64,000 nucleotides of DNA, from NCBI GenBank assembly GCA_951406725.2, contig OX597827.1:19840001-19904000 (forward strand), read 5' to 3'. Source of the DNA: Octopus vulgaris. Taxonomy: Eukaryota. Of this stretch, positions 39,904-53,013 are shown piece after piece. Each line of letters opens with the position of its first letter. Positions within the stretch are counted from its first letter, which is position 1. A program made the translations under genes and the position numbers. The notes beneath the pieces are model-generated. The model saw nothing but the letters and a program-made list of their open reading frames with translations. It had not been told where the DNA came from and did not search any database.

Positions 39904-39949
39904 GATTACCCGATGAAGGTGAACAAGCCGAAACTTCGGAGTCACAGTC
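39904..39949 (+). ncRNA. Hammerhead-like motif with a GUC triplet
   Basis: GAUUAC-CCGAUGA-A-GGU(GAACAA)GCC-GAA-ACUU(CG)GAGU-C-ACAGUC; stem I partly mismatched. Confidence 0.5.
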
Positions 39950-40249
39950 AACCGTTTCCTTATAAAAGTTTATAAACATACTCTACTAAATCGTATTGAG
40001 TAAGTCTTAAGCTTAATATAGAATTGTTTTTTATATATATCTTAACATAAATGCAGGTACACACACACACCGCTGTTTAATCAGTCTATCCGTTTCTCTT
40101 CTGAGGAAGAGAAACTATTTCCTATTTACTTATTTCTTAGTAATAACTCTTTTTCTAGTTTCAGCTCGTGAGTTGCGGCCATGCTGGGACACCGCCCTCA
40201 GTTTTGCTACATTTTTATGTTTTCATTACTTAAAACATCCTCTGATTAG

Positions 40250-41735
40250 TGGCATTTAGTGAGTGAGGGAGTTTAATGTTGCTGTCCTCGGTATTTATTG
40301 CCGCGAGGTAGGTTTTATCCGGAATTTTCAACAGGAGGAGATCCAGTTTTGTCATGAAGATACCTATTTCTTTATTACCCACAAGGGGCTAAACACAGAG
40401 CGGACAAACAAGGACAGACATAGGTATTAAGTCGATTACATCGACCCCAGTGCGTAACTGGTACTTAATTTATCGACCCCGAAAGGATGAAAGGCAAAGT
40501 CGACCTCGGCGGAATTTGAACTCATAACGTAACGCAGACGAAATACCGCTAAGCATTTCGCCCGGCGTGCTAACGTTTCTGCCAGCTCGCCGCCTTCTTT
40601 TGTCATGAAGATACCGACATCCATTCTATGTAGGGCTCTCAGGTTTTTTGGGAGAATACTGCAGAGCTGTGAGCTTTAGAAATTCAAGCTGTTGCTGTAT
40701 CTGTCCCTCTACCTTGATGGTGATGGGATCTTTGGCACTATACAGTGGCCCCCACCAATTCTGGCGTTTGTGTAACTTTCAATGCCAAAGTTTAGCACTA
40801 GTCCTTTCTGGATTTTAAAAATGTGTATCACTGCATATTTTTCTCTCCTTCATTCCAGAGAGTTGAGTATCAACATTTTCAGCCGTTCTCAGTATCTGAC
40901 CCGTTGCATTAAGAAGATCTTTATGTAACTTCACTGTTGCTTTGAATCCTGCCGTTAATTTTACACTGTGTGGTGATATAGTTAGGAGCAATAGTCTAAG
41001 TGGCTGAGGACTAATGTGACCCAGGGGACCATCATAGTTTCCTGTTCTCTCGTTCTGAAAGTTCTAAGGATTCATCTGACCAACCGCGTGCATTTTATTG
41101 CTAACTTAGTAATATGTATCTGGAAAAATGTATCATTACTCACGTCAACGCTCAGGTTGCGCGCTGATGTTGATTCAGGGGTGTCTCCTGTCTGTATTTC
41201 ATTCAGTTTCGTGTACTGGTAGCGCAGTTCATGGACTTTTCCAGCATTAAACTACATGTTACTGTCCTCAGTCCACCTGTATATTGCATCCAACTCCTGT
41301 TGCAGGTGCGCTACATCTCCAGGGTTCTGTATCCTCTGAGAGACTTGTATCGTCTGCATAGCTAGCATGGATGACTATCTGAGCAACTGTGAGCATGTGT
41401 GAGAGCGCCACAATGAATAGCAGCGGTTCTTAGACAGGCCTTGTGGAGCACCACTCACTATTTTTGTTTCCTTAGAGGTTGCTCCATTGACCACGATTGC
41501 CTGACCTCTATCGTTTAAAAAGACGTGTTGCCGCTCTCTCCAAGTTTTTCAGACATGCTGAGATCAAGCAGCTTATGACATATCATACCATGGTCGACTT
41601 TATCAAAGGCTTTGCAAAGTCGAGATATTTCACGTCCTTATTTGAGTTGTTGAGCAGCTGCTTTAGCACATAGCTGTAGTACCGTAAGAGCTGTGTCAGG
41701 TGGCTTCTACCTGATCGAAAATTACGCTGGCTGTC
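40250..41735 (-). mobile_element. Degenerate CR1-like LINE
   Basis: AKAFDKVDHGMI-like and SYADD motifs; homologous to 54775-55704 and 56680-57180. Confidence 0.8.
40365..40597 (-). mobile_element. SINE family A, full length
   Basis: 18-bp TSD ttttgtcatgaagatacc (40347-40364, 40598-40615). Confidence 0.93.
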
Positions 41736-42800
41736 AACATTTCTATAACATACCTTTCGCTCTTAATTAGTCTTTTGAGTGTAATTTATTTCAAATTTGA
41801 ATATATTTATATGAATCAGATAAGTTCCGTTGAAATGTTACCAATAGACTGGTAGGAATTACTTTTGAAACCAGAGTTGAAGAATTTTGAATGAATTCCA
41901 AATTTGTTTGTCTTTTCCGTCCTGGGCACTAGTCATGGTTCTTGTTTGAGTTACTCTAATATTTAGAAACTGTTTCCTCTTCGTTTCAATCCGAGCTATA
42001 TCTGACCATTACTTCTCATTGATGGACACATTACTGTTATTCCAGTTATGCTGAGAATCCTTATTTTTACAAGCATGTTTTTTATCCATACTGATTTTAT
42101 TTTCCTAGAGAGAAATTTTGGTTGGTATATATGTACACATGTGGGTGTATGTATATATGTAGTTACACAAATATATTTATGTATATAGGATTATATGCAT
42201 GTAAGTACCCGCGTGAGTGTGTGTGTTTGTGTGTGCATAAGTCTTCTATCTCTGTATTCATAGTAAATATAATCTTTCGCTTCAGATTTGTGAAATGGCG
42301 GTATTTTTCTAAATGCAATTATTATGTTGCTTGTCTTACAATCTAGTGTAGCTAGTTTCATTTTCCCTCCAATGAAGAGTATTAAAGTTGTAATTGCATT
42401 TCAGTGTCAGCTAAGGTGTTGATGTCTACTGTCTTATTTCATTTTATTATTACTTTTATTTATTTACCTTTTGGCATTTAGCTCAGTTTTTAAATTTTGA
42501 TCTAATGCGTCTATAATATTTCTTCCTAATTATTTGGTGTCCCTACCTCATGTATTTGTTTGTCTGTCTTTAGTCTAAATCTCTTATATTTGTTTCTTTA
42601 GCATAATATTATTGCCTTAATTCATATTTCTCTCTTTAAAGTCACCTTTATGCCTTTTTCTTAGCCAAATCTCATAGAAATTTCTTTGGTAAATCCGTGT
42701 ACAATCTGTTGTGATGTTTCTAGTTATTTATCATCTAAAGCAAAAAGGTAGTTTTTGTGTTTCATACGAAAGATTGTTAATTGCTTTCATAGAAAACTGA

Positions 42801-42862
42801 GGCTGCAACGTGTTTCGAAATCGCGACCTTGTGCGTGTTAAGCATATATAATAACCACTACT
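42801..42862 (-). pseudogene. Degenerate tRNA-Val(AAC)-like sequence
   Basis: gtagtggttat...cttAACac.c..aaggtc....ttcgaaac resembles tRNA-Val; the acceptor stem is not intact. Confidence 0.45.
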
Positions 42863-43548
42863 GCTGCTGCTGCTACTACTAGTGGTGGCGGTGGTGGTGA
42901 TCACTCCCGTCTATTTCGACGTATGAGTGTTTGAAGGAGAAGGTTTTAAAAAGAAAAGGATAAAAGAAAAAACGATAAAAATAAAAGAAGGATGTATCTA
43001 TTTGTGATGGGTGCGTGAATGTAATTCGAGTCCAGGGATGAATTTTGCTATGAAATTACAATGTGGAGTCTGAGGATTTTGATTTTCTCTGGTATTGGAC
43101 AAATGTCTCTGTTGATTGCAGGATATAATTGTTTTATTGTTCTGTTTCTTCAACTCAAATTGTTTTGATGCATCATGACACATTTCCCTCCATGCAGATC
43201 GATCTTGGCAATGAGCTTTCCCAAGAAGTCAAATTAAGCCGTAGAGATTTTAGCGATGCCTTCAACTTATCGTTATACCCAAGAACGGGCCATTCTTTAC
43301 CGCATCATCCTTCTACTTGTTGGCCACAGAAAAGAATCTTACATTCGAACAACGTGTTCTACTCATCCGCACTGGATTCTCAGCAGCATACTTTTGATAC
43401 TGGCGATATCGCATTTTTTCTAAAATTTTGACATTTGATATCTTGCCATTTTATGTTGCATGTATTGCACAGACAGCACATGTGAATGGTTTCATGCTTC
43501 TGCCCCATACAAAAGTGTGCTCAAAATACACGATTTGTATCAAAACTA

Positions 43549-43583
<35 letters not shown>

Positions 43584-44515
43584 ACTACTACTATCATCAT
43601 TATTATTATTAAGGGTGGATTGGCAGAATCGTTAGGGTGTCAGTCGGGAAAATGCCTTGTGGTATTTGTTCCAGTTTTTTACGTACTGAGTCCAAATCAC
43701 TCAGAATCAACTTATTTTATCCTCTCGACGTCGATGGAAAAAGTACCCATCATATATTAGGGTCGATATAATGTTCCAGTGTAAGAAACAGCTGTTATTA
43801 TTATTTGCTGCTGTCTTCGTTTAGATGCACTTAAGTTTCGCTGTAAAAGTTTTGCTTCTGAAGGAAGTAGTTTTCATTTTGGAATTTATCTCACACAGGA
43901 CCTTTATGGAACATTTGGGGATATCTGCTCCTTTCTGGGATGAAACAACAAAGTTAATAACTTTTTAAAAATATTTTTATGTTATTCTACAGTCTTATTA
44001 AAGGGCCAAAAATGGTCTCGTCTTCCCTGGGATACGCCTCTAAGAAATATTACAAAGCAAAACAAAGATAAAATAGGAAAACAACCACGAAACATAAAAA
44101 GGTAAAAAAAAAATATTAATGAATGTAAACAAACAGCAGGAAATACAAAACAAAATCATATTTCAACCGTGAAATACAGAACTATTGCAACAACCGTCAC
44201 CACTACAACTACCGCCAAACAATCCATCTTTGCGATGATGGAGGAATTACACACAGCTCCTTTATAGGATTCAGTTAGCTCAAGACATCATCAGGAGGAA
44301 CCACGTCCGGTTTCGGCCCCTACTCCTCTACCGTTTTGACGTACTCCCCTCCCTTTCGGAGGTGCCTTCAGCTCTGGTGTTGGGTGCGTGTTTTCTTTCT
44401 TCTGTTCCCTGGCCTCTTCGATGTATCGTCAGCGAGTGTCAGCCGGTGACTGACTGACTTTTCCCTTTAAATACCTGCCCCTAGGCTCCATAAAGGGGAC
44501 ACATTAGATAATATA

Positions 44516-44931
44516 TATTTCGTTACTACCCACAAGGGGCTAAACATAGAGGGGACAAACAAGGACAGACAAAGGGATTAAGTCGATTACATCGACCCCA
44601 GTGCGAAACTGGTACTTTATTTATCGACCCGAAAGGATGAAAGGCAAAGTCGACCTCGGCGGAATTTGAACTCAGAACGTAACGACAGACGAAATACCTA
44701 TTTCTTTATTACCCACAAGGGGCTAAACATAGAGGGGACTAACAAGGACAGACATAGGTATTAAGTCGATTAGATCGACCCAGTGCGTAACTGGTACTTA
44801 ATTTATCGACCCCGTAAGGATGAAAGGCAAAGTCAACCTCGTCGGAATTTGAACTCAGAACGTAACGGCAGACGAAATACCGCTAAGCATTTCGCCCAGC
44901 GTTCTAACGATTCTGCCAGCTCGCCGCCTTA
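44516..44931 (-). mobile_element. SINE family A tandem dimer
   Basis: Full unit plus a head-less unit; single 17-bp TSD acacattagataatata (44499-44515, 44932-44948). Confidence 0.92.
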
Positions 44932-45357
44932 ACACATTAGATAATATAGTCTCCAATACAATAGACAATTATAAAAAGAGCAGACAACTACGTTTGGAAT
45001 ATCTTTCATCCTGGACCTAATGAAGCCAAACTGAATGGCGGCTTCGACTAAACATCATCTTCGATTCTGTCAGTTCTATTTGTCTGTTGGGTGTGACACG
45101 TTTTCCTTTCTCCATTAATTCACCAGAGCAAATATGTGAGGGACGAGGTGATAGAACTCTCGCTACCGATCACTTCCGGCCAATCAGCCAGAACACAATT
45201 CACTCTGTTTGATTAGCAAATACGACTCTCTTTACTTGGCAAATACTCTCATCAATAACTTCATCAGATTTTCTTGTTGCTAGTGTCTGGTCTTGTGAGA
45301 TTTATTAGTATCATGAGTAGTAAAGGGGTGGTGGGAACTCGATGAATCAGGTCTCGT

Positions 45358-45674
45358 TTACATGAACATATGTCCCAGTTCAGCATCTAAAGAGGACACA
45401 AAAGCCTCTTCACGTTTGTCTCGAGTGCTCTCTATTAATTTGTAGTACTACACACGCGAGCGCACGCACTCATGCACACACACACATAGGGACACACACG
45501 CATATATTATATATGTGTATGAGTGTACACACACACACACGCGCGCATAAATATATAATATATACGTGTGTGCATGAGTGCGTGTGTAGCACTACAAATT
45601 AATGGAGAGCACTCGAAACAAGTGAAGAGGCTTTTGTGTAATCTTTAGATGCTAAACTGGGACATATGTTCATG

Positions 45675-45677
<3 letters not shown>
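45358..45677. repeat. Foldback with ~100-bp imperfect arms (MITE-like)
   Basis: ttacatgaacatatgtcccagt...tacacacg is the reverse complement of cgtgtgta...actgggacatatgttcatgtaa. Confidence 0.9.
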
Positions 45678-45764
<87 letters not shown>

Positions 45765-45773
45765 GTATATATG

Positions 45774-45824
<51 letters not shown>

Positions 45825-45861
45825 GTATATATATGTATATATATATATGTATATATATGTA

Positions 45862-45892
<31 letters not shown>

Positions 45893-46009
45893 ATACATAT
45901 GTAATATGTATGTATACATATACACGCACAAACACACACACATATAGGGGGTGGAGAAATAAGCATCTGAAATGCACTTGTGCTTTTCTCTAAATGGAGA
46001 GAAAATTAG

Positions 46010-46150
46010 TTTTGCGCGCGTCCCTCGGCGTTGTCCCCGTCAGTGCAGAGGCAGGTTTGAACTAGAAACGTCCGTTTAAGTTATGAACCACAGTAAAGTC
46101 TATTATTAAAACTAACAGAAAGACCGCTCTCTGTGCGGTTTCTGGTAACC
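46010..46150 (+). promoter_or_regulatory. Candidate VMAT promoter and non-coding first exon
   Basis: Local CpG-rich unique patch (gcgcgcgtccctcggcg), Inr-like TCAGTG at 46040 and donor-like CTG|GTAACC at 46144/46145. The exon at 48210 has an acceptor, so an upstream exon is required. Confidence 0.4.
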
Positions 46151-46959
46151 ATTTGATATTTTCACATTTGATACCCAATTCTAATAATTTTAATATTTTA
46201 CGTCTAATTATTTCTTTGTATAATAGTGGTCACTTCCTTAGAAAATTCTGTTTTCATTATTTTATCACAGTCATAAGCTCTCTTTTTTTAAGCAAACATC
46301 ACGGTAGTCCAACAACAGACGGAGAAGCAGTTTGTCATGTTTAACTTGCCCCTCAAAGCAATATAGAGATTTCAATTCAGCAGCCCATCTGTAAGCTTTG
46401 CAGTGTGTGTGAGAGAGAGAACATTGCAAACAATGAATGAAATAAACATGAAATGGAAAAATCATATAAATAAAAGAGCATTACTATTTTGGCCAAGTGT
46501 TTTGCACTTCAAAACCATGGGATAAACATTTTCAGTAAAAAAAAAAAAAAAATTAATATTTTCAGTAGTGATTGCTTCTGCTTAGAAATTAAAATTTAAA
46601 ATATTGGAGAGCCTGAGAAGGTCATTGCTGGCATTTATCCACAGTGATTATAAAACAGTGCTCTGTAAACGATAATTCATTTTAATAGCATACTTTTCAG
46701 TTAGAATATGCTTTTTCTTACACACATACACCTTCGCTTGGCTGAGGAAGGGGGCAAAAATTTAGATTACATTTTATTTTGTTGCTTATATTCCACCAAT
46801 GGAATATGTTTAATGGGAGAAAAATATTGAAAAACATATGAGAGTGAAAAGAGGGGGTGCTAGAAACAACAGCGAAACCTCCCTAGAATTGTTCACATTT
46901 TTCTCTGAAAATATTTAGAATTTCGGTTTTTTTTTTACCGAAAAGGCTCCTCCCAGAAT

Positions 46960-47712
46960 GTTGTTTGCATGCACCAAGATGGCATCTGCATTTCCTCCAA
47001 TAGAAGCAGAGGTTCAGGAAGCAATCAAACTTCTCATGAATGCCAAGGCACCAGGATCTAACTCCACCCCTGCTGAACTATACAAGGCAAGGAGACCAAT
47101 ATTGGCACAGAAGATCTTGACCAATCTCATCCAGATCATGTGGCAATTGAAAGATTTTTCTCAAGAGTTCAAGAACGCTTCTACTGTCCATCTCTACAAG
47201 AGAAAGGGAAACAGACAGTCATGTGACAACCATCGAGGAATTTCTCTCCTTGCCATTGCTGGCAAGATACTCTCAAGAGTCCTTAACCATCTCACTCACC
47301 ACATGCAAGACAGACACCTATCAGAGAGTCAGTATATCTTCAGAGAGGGTCGTGGGACAGTTGACATGATCTCTGCCGCATGCCAACTTCAGGGGGAGTG
47401 TAGATCTAACCAAGGCCTTTGAGACCGTCGATCATGAGGGACTTTGGAGGATTATGGGATAAATTTATCACCATGGTGCGACAGTTCCCCGACCTCATGC
47501 TTGTACGAGCACTGGACAATAGAGATTCTTCCGACGCGTTCTCATTCACTGACTCAAACAGGGTTTTGTACTCGCACCTTCACTGTTCAGTATGCTGTTC
47601 TCAGTCACGCTGTCGGATGCCTTCCGTAACGGCGACGAAACCAGCATTGAGACCAGCTTCAGGACTTGTGGCAAACTCTTCAGCCTACAGAGGCTACAAC
47701 CCAAGACCAAGA
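46960..47712 (+). mobile_element. RTE (BovB-like) RT fragment
   Basis: KAPGSNSTPAELYK, KGNRQSCDNHRGISLLAIAGKIL, ESQ..FREGRGTVDMI, DLTKAFETV. Confidence 0.9.
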
Positions 47713-48273
47713 TGCGCGCGTGTGTGTACGTGTGTATGTGTATGGGTGTGTGTAATATGCATATGCACTGTACATATATATGATATGTACATATTTACGT
47801 ATACTTGCAGATAGATTTATGTATGTGAATATGATTGTGTGTGTGTTTCAGAGCATTATGAAGTGGTATTAAATTTTCAAAAACTCCGGGGGTACGACTT
47901 CTGTTTCAACCATTGCACTTCACATACACCTCATCGTTTCATCCAGATTATCTTAATCGTTAACTAAAGAATTGGTGAAGACATTCGTCATCAATCTCAA
48001 CTCTAAGATTCCTGTTTGCATCTTTCTTCCTACTGACTTTTAAGATGAATTCTCTAGTGAGGCTGAACGTGTTTTATGCGAGGACAGCCTCACAGTAACA
48101 CTCTAACAAGCTGTGATACATACTAGACATAGTAGAGGAAAGAACGTCAGACAAAATTCACCAATTACTATATTGTTTTTTTTTGTTTTTTTTTTATTTC
48201 TCGTTTTAGGAAGCGTCGGATGTGTTTGGCCTCGTCAATTTGAGTTGAAACCAAGAACGCTGCCGTCAGCACA

Positions 48274-48400
48274 ATGACAGAATCTTTTGGACGGAACTAT
48301 ATTATTGACTTGTTTTCAAGATGTCGCAATTCTCGTCAGTTAGTACTTTTCATCGTCTTCATCGCCCTTTTCCTAGACAACATGCTGTTGACAACAGTAG
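48274..48400 (+). CDS. VMAT: First coding exon of a vesicular monoamine transporter (VMAT, SLC18A1/A2 type); exon spans 48210-48400
   Basis: Translates MTESFGRNYIIDLFSRCRNSRQLVLFIVFIALFLDNMLLTTV, matching VMAT TM1 ([23 protein letters not shown]) rather than VAChT (DNMLYMV). Polypyrimidine acceptor ttttag ends at 48209. Donor AG|GTAAGT at 48400/48401, phase 1, just before the expected VPIIP. Confidence 0.92.
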
Positions 48401-48471
48401 GTAAGTACCACACGCTTGAGATACTTCCTTTTATATCTCTTTTTATGAAGAGTTCGGTGAATGTTGAAAGT

Positions 48472-48777
48472 GTGGAGGCACATGGCCTAGTGGTTAGAGC
48501 AGCGGACTCACGGTCGAGGGATCGCGGGTTCGAATCTCAGACCAACCATGTGTGCGTTTCTGAGCGAAACACCTAAGCTCCACGCGGCTCCGACAGAAGG
48601 TAATGGCAAACTTCTGCTGAATCTTTCGCCACAACTTTCTCTCACAGTTTCCTCCTGCAGCTTGCAGCTCACCTGCGATGGACTGGCGTCCCGTCCAGGT
48701 GGGGAACCTATACGCCAAGAAAACAGGGAAACCGGCCCTTATGAGCCAGACATGGCTCGAGAAGGAACAAACAACAA
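48472..48777 (+). mobile_element. SINE family B, 71 bp into the VMAT intron
   Basis: TSD aatgttgaaagt; (CAA) tail. Confidence 0.93.
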
Positions 48778-49199
48778 AATGTTGAAAGTCGTAATAAGAT
48801 GAACAATTAACACCCTTATAGCAGCTAGACTAGTCTGTATAAAGTATTTGGTAAGGAACCAATAAGTCGGTCGTATTTTCCCATAATCGCTGTCTTTGTG
48901 TGTAGAGCAGTAGAAAACAATGTGTGTCGTTATGGCAGCTGTCTAACCCTTGGTCAGCCCCTATCGAGAAGACCTTTTAATCAAAGACATTCCACTTATG
49001 ACCTCATTACCTTTTAGAGGTATGTAGGATTACATTTACTGTGATACTACCTTATTTAAGACGGGAAAGTGTGACTTGCAAGAGATTTCACTGTCATTTC
49101 TAGCAGATTGATCGACTGCTTAAAGCGGTTGCATAACTTTTTGAACTGTGTTAAAGTGTCGCTTGCTTGGATGCTCGAGTCCATCTCTTTAAGTTAAAT

Positions 49200-49252
<53 letters not shown>

Positions 49253-50077
49253 GAAGGGTTGAGTTCAACTCGTTGAGAGAGCTTGGAGAATGACATGTTT
49301 TGGCAAACACTGTATTCTCTGCGCCCGTCAATCACCAGGACCCAAAACTTCTTCTGGTTCACTCCTCCTAGAAATAAATATATATTTTTAGTGCTATACC
49401 CCAAGTAAGGGACGGAACACCGTACAATGAACGGGTTTGTACATGAATGTGTGGTTAAGGGGTTCAATTTGCTTCAATTTCAATCATATTCCGAGATAAT
49501 TTTAGCAAGTATTATTTAATCTCTGAACGAGATTTCGAAATCAGTGACGGAAGTTACTAGAAAAACGCCATATATATTTGCATACAGGCTTTCCCTTTCA
49601 TCGTAATCCGGTGATTACCGCCCGTTGACAAGAGGCAACAACCTCGAAACTGCAGTCCGTGCGTATCACTTAGGCTTACGAGAAAGGGATGGCCTCCCTT
49701 TGCAAATACCATAAGGGCACAGATAGTGTGCCTAAAGCCAGCTGGAGACGATGATCTCCTGGGGCTAAAAGCTACAGTAACACCCACCCTTTGTGGTTAG
49801 CCATATTGAGAGGGCTATTATACTTTACATTTTAGCAAGTGTTTTCTCCTAAAGAGTCAGGTCGAACCTTTATCTTTTGGTAGACAAAAACTATGATGGG
49901 AGCTTGACACAAGGATCGATTCTAGATGGTAGACTTTCACCTGGTCTAACACAACAGCCTAGTTCCCGGGTGTCCTTCGTGGTGGTCACTTTGTTACAAG
50001 TTTTCTCAACATGTCTCCGCTCCGTGTACTACTACTACTGTCTGTCAGTCTGTCTGTCTCTGTCTCATTTAATACAG

Positions 50078-50128
<51 letters not shown>

Positions 50129-50505
50129 GTTTGTATTGTATATAAGCACACACATATAAATCTATCTTTTTTATAGATCTAAAGTTATCAACTCAAATTT
50201 TATCATAAAAGTCACATTTCCCCGAAGCTTCACTGTATCTCCCTTGCCATAATAGTTCGTTATGACCCTCTCCATGCCTGTATGTATGTGTTTGTATAGA
50301 GAGACTGAGGGAGTATGTGTGCGTGCGTGTGTGTATGTATGTATGTATGTGTGTGTGTATGTACGTGTGTGTGAGTGTTTATGTATATATACATATACAT
50401 TGATAAACACACATACATTTGAAATTAAAATACTAAAGGAATCACTGTGTGTGTATGTGTGTGTGTGTGTGTGTGTGTATTAAAATGGTAGTAACGTCGG
50501 TTCCT

Positions 50506-50796
50506 GTGGAGGCACATGGCCTAGTGGTTAGAGCAGTGGACTCGCGGTTTCGAATCTCAGACCAGGTGATATGTGTGTTTATGAGTGAAACGCCTAAGCT
50601 CCAGGTGGCTCCGGCAGAAGGTAATGGCGAACTTCTGCTGAATCTTTCGCCACAACTTTCTCTCTCTCTTTCCTCCTGCATCTTGCAGCTCACCTGCGAC
50701 GGACCGACGTCCCATTCAGGTGGAGAACCTACACGCCAAGGAAACCGGGAAACCGGCCCTTATGAGCCAGGCATGGCTCGAGAAGGAACAAACAAC
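50506..50796 (+). mobile_element. SINE family B
   Basis: TSD aacgtcggttcct. Confidence 0.93.
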
Positions 50797-52496
50797 AACG
50801 TCGGTTCCTGCGGAACAGCCATGTTGAAGTGGTGATAAACATTACATCTCAGTATAGTTGCTGCTTTCATCTTGTATAGAGATTTTCTTACTAGCTAATT
50901 TGCTTGTTGCAAGATCAGTGTCTGGTTGTCATTTATTTTCTATATATTGTAAACTGGGGTGAACCACTGATATCTCTAGCGGACTCGATTTTTGTTGTTT
51001 TTTGAAGAATACTAAGCGGAATTTTTTTGTGCGATGCCACCATCTTTGGGTGGAAGTGAATAATGGAAGAAAAGAAGAGTTACGCAGAAGCTACTGGAGG
51101 TCGAGATGCTATAGACTCACGTGTGCTGAAGCCGAAGAGGATGGAGTGGAATGAAGAGAAGATAGCAAAATATTATGGCATGATAAAATAAAAAAGAAGG
51201 GTCAAATATAAAAATGACCCTGCCAGAGGAGGAAAAAAGAAAGATGGAAAGCAGAATGGTGATATTCAGAACATTTTCGAATGAAAATAGGAGAATAGAA
51301 CACGCGCCGCAGGAAGAGATAGAGGAAATATTGAATGGTAAATAACAAATGGGTGAAGGAATAGCCTTCTTTACAAGAGGAAGGAAATACGCGACTGTAA
51401 TTTGCACAGAGGCCATCCGGACTCCCGCCTTCGCCGTGAACATGGATTAATCTTCTCTTTTCGCTCATTTACACCACATGGGCTCAACACCCCTCCTCTC
51501 TTCATCTGACTATTATATATCCACTGTCGTAGGTCTACAGAAATATCTAAGTTGGTACAATGCTGCAAGCACCAACACCTACTTAACAACACTACATCTG
51601 CTATCATCGTAGCATTACTGTGACGGTCGCTTGTAAAGAGAGGGGGGGGAGAAACGGACGGACGAAGAGAAGGCCAAACGGAATGAGAATGAGACAAACA
51701 TATTGACAGATTAAGTAAGAAGAGAGAACAAGATATATTTCCAGGAGAGCACAATATCTCAATCGCCCATTGTAGTTCGTGCTTCAATCCAAGATATCTT
51801 CACAAAAATCACTGATGGCATTTGACTTGTAACATGACCGAAGTATGCATATCCGGTCACGTGACATCATGGACGTGTCCATTCACCGCACAACGCTTTG
51901 TGGAATTTGCATATGGATCGGGAGAAGTTCGTGCAGTGAAATGAATGAGTTGCGTGTACACACACACACACACACACATGCGCACACAAATATGTGTGTA
52001 TGTATCTGTATGTATGTGTGTGTATATATAGACAGTGCGTGAGAGGGGGAGGGTAACTGAGCGCTGTTCCTATCACTTATGCATACATATTTGTGCAGCA
52101 CGTATAGAAATGTGGGTGGAAATAATGAAATATAAGTGAATTGCGGAGAGGGTGGATGGGAGAAGCTAAAGAAAATATGTTGACAGATTCCAAATAGACA
52201 GATCGATAGAAGGACAGACAGACACGGATATCTCTCTAGCAATCTATCTGGAATCTGTCAGAAAATTTTCCTTTTCTTTCTCTCTCTCTCTCTCTCTCTC
52301 CCTCCCACCCAACCCTCGCTTCTACTTTGATATTTCCGTATTTCCATCGCAATCTACAGAAATATGTCACAAATATGCAAAAAATATACAATAATAATAC
52401 ACATATTTGTGTGCTCGTGTATATATAAATTTATAATGACAGAAGCACAGCTTTTTCACTCCCTCGTTTCCTCCTTCTCTCTTTCTTTCTTGACCT

Positions 52497-52571
<75 letters not shown>

Positions 52572-52819
52572 CGCTTGTTCTGTCTTCATATGCACAGACT
52601 TCCTATGTGGAGATGACCTGTTTGAAATAGCAGCCAAATCTTCAAAGCACAATCTATTGTCTTTGAAAAGGACATATTTGTCTGATAGTTTCCTAAGTGT
52701 AGTTAAAAAAACATATTAGATAGTCATGGCTAGAAGGCTTTTGTTCATAAGAATGACCGTTTAGGACCAACCCTAACTACTTGCCTTGCCTGGTGACATA
52801 CCTCCATGCTACAAATATT

Positions 52820-53013
52820 GATTTCAAATTTTGGCACGAGACCAGTAATTTCGGTGGAGGGGGTAAGTCGATTACATCGACCCCAGTCTTCAACTGATAC
52901 TTATCGGCCCCCTAAGGACGAAAGGCAAAGTCGACCCCGGTAGAATTTGAACTCAGAACCCAAAGACGGACGAAATTCCGCTAAGCCTTTTGTCCGGCGT
53001 GCTAACGATTCTG
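52820..53013 (-). mobile_element. Older SINE family A variant
   Basis: Nin-like core and B box, different tail. Confidence 0.75.

Noticed and set aside
44295-44335. GAAAC...CUGAUGA on the minus strand as a permuted hammerhead
   Set aside because: Only 4 nt separate the triplet from the core, so stem I cannot form, and no stem II partner was found.
48274-48576. 100-aa ORF as a complete protein, or a VAChT/cholinergic locus
   Set aside because: Similarity stops at the splice donor (48400) and the remainder is intron and SINE. The motif is VMAT-type, not VAChT-type.
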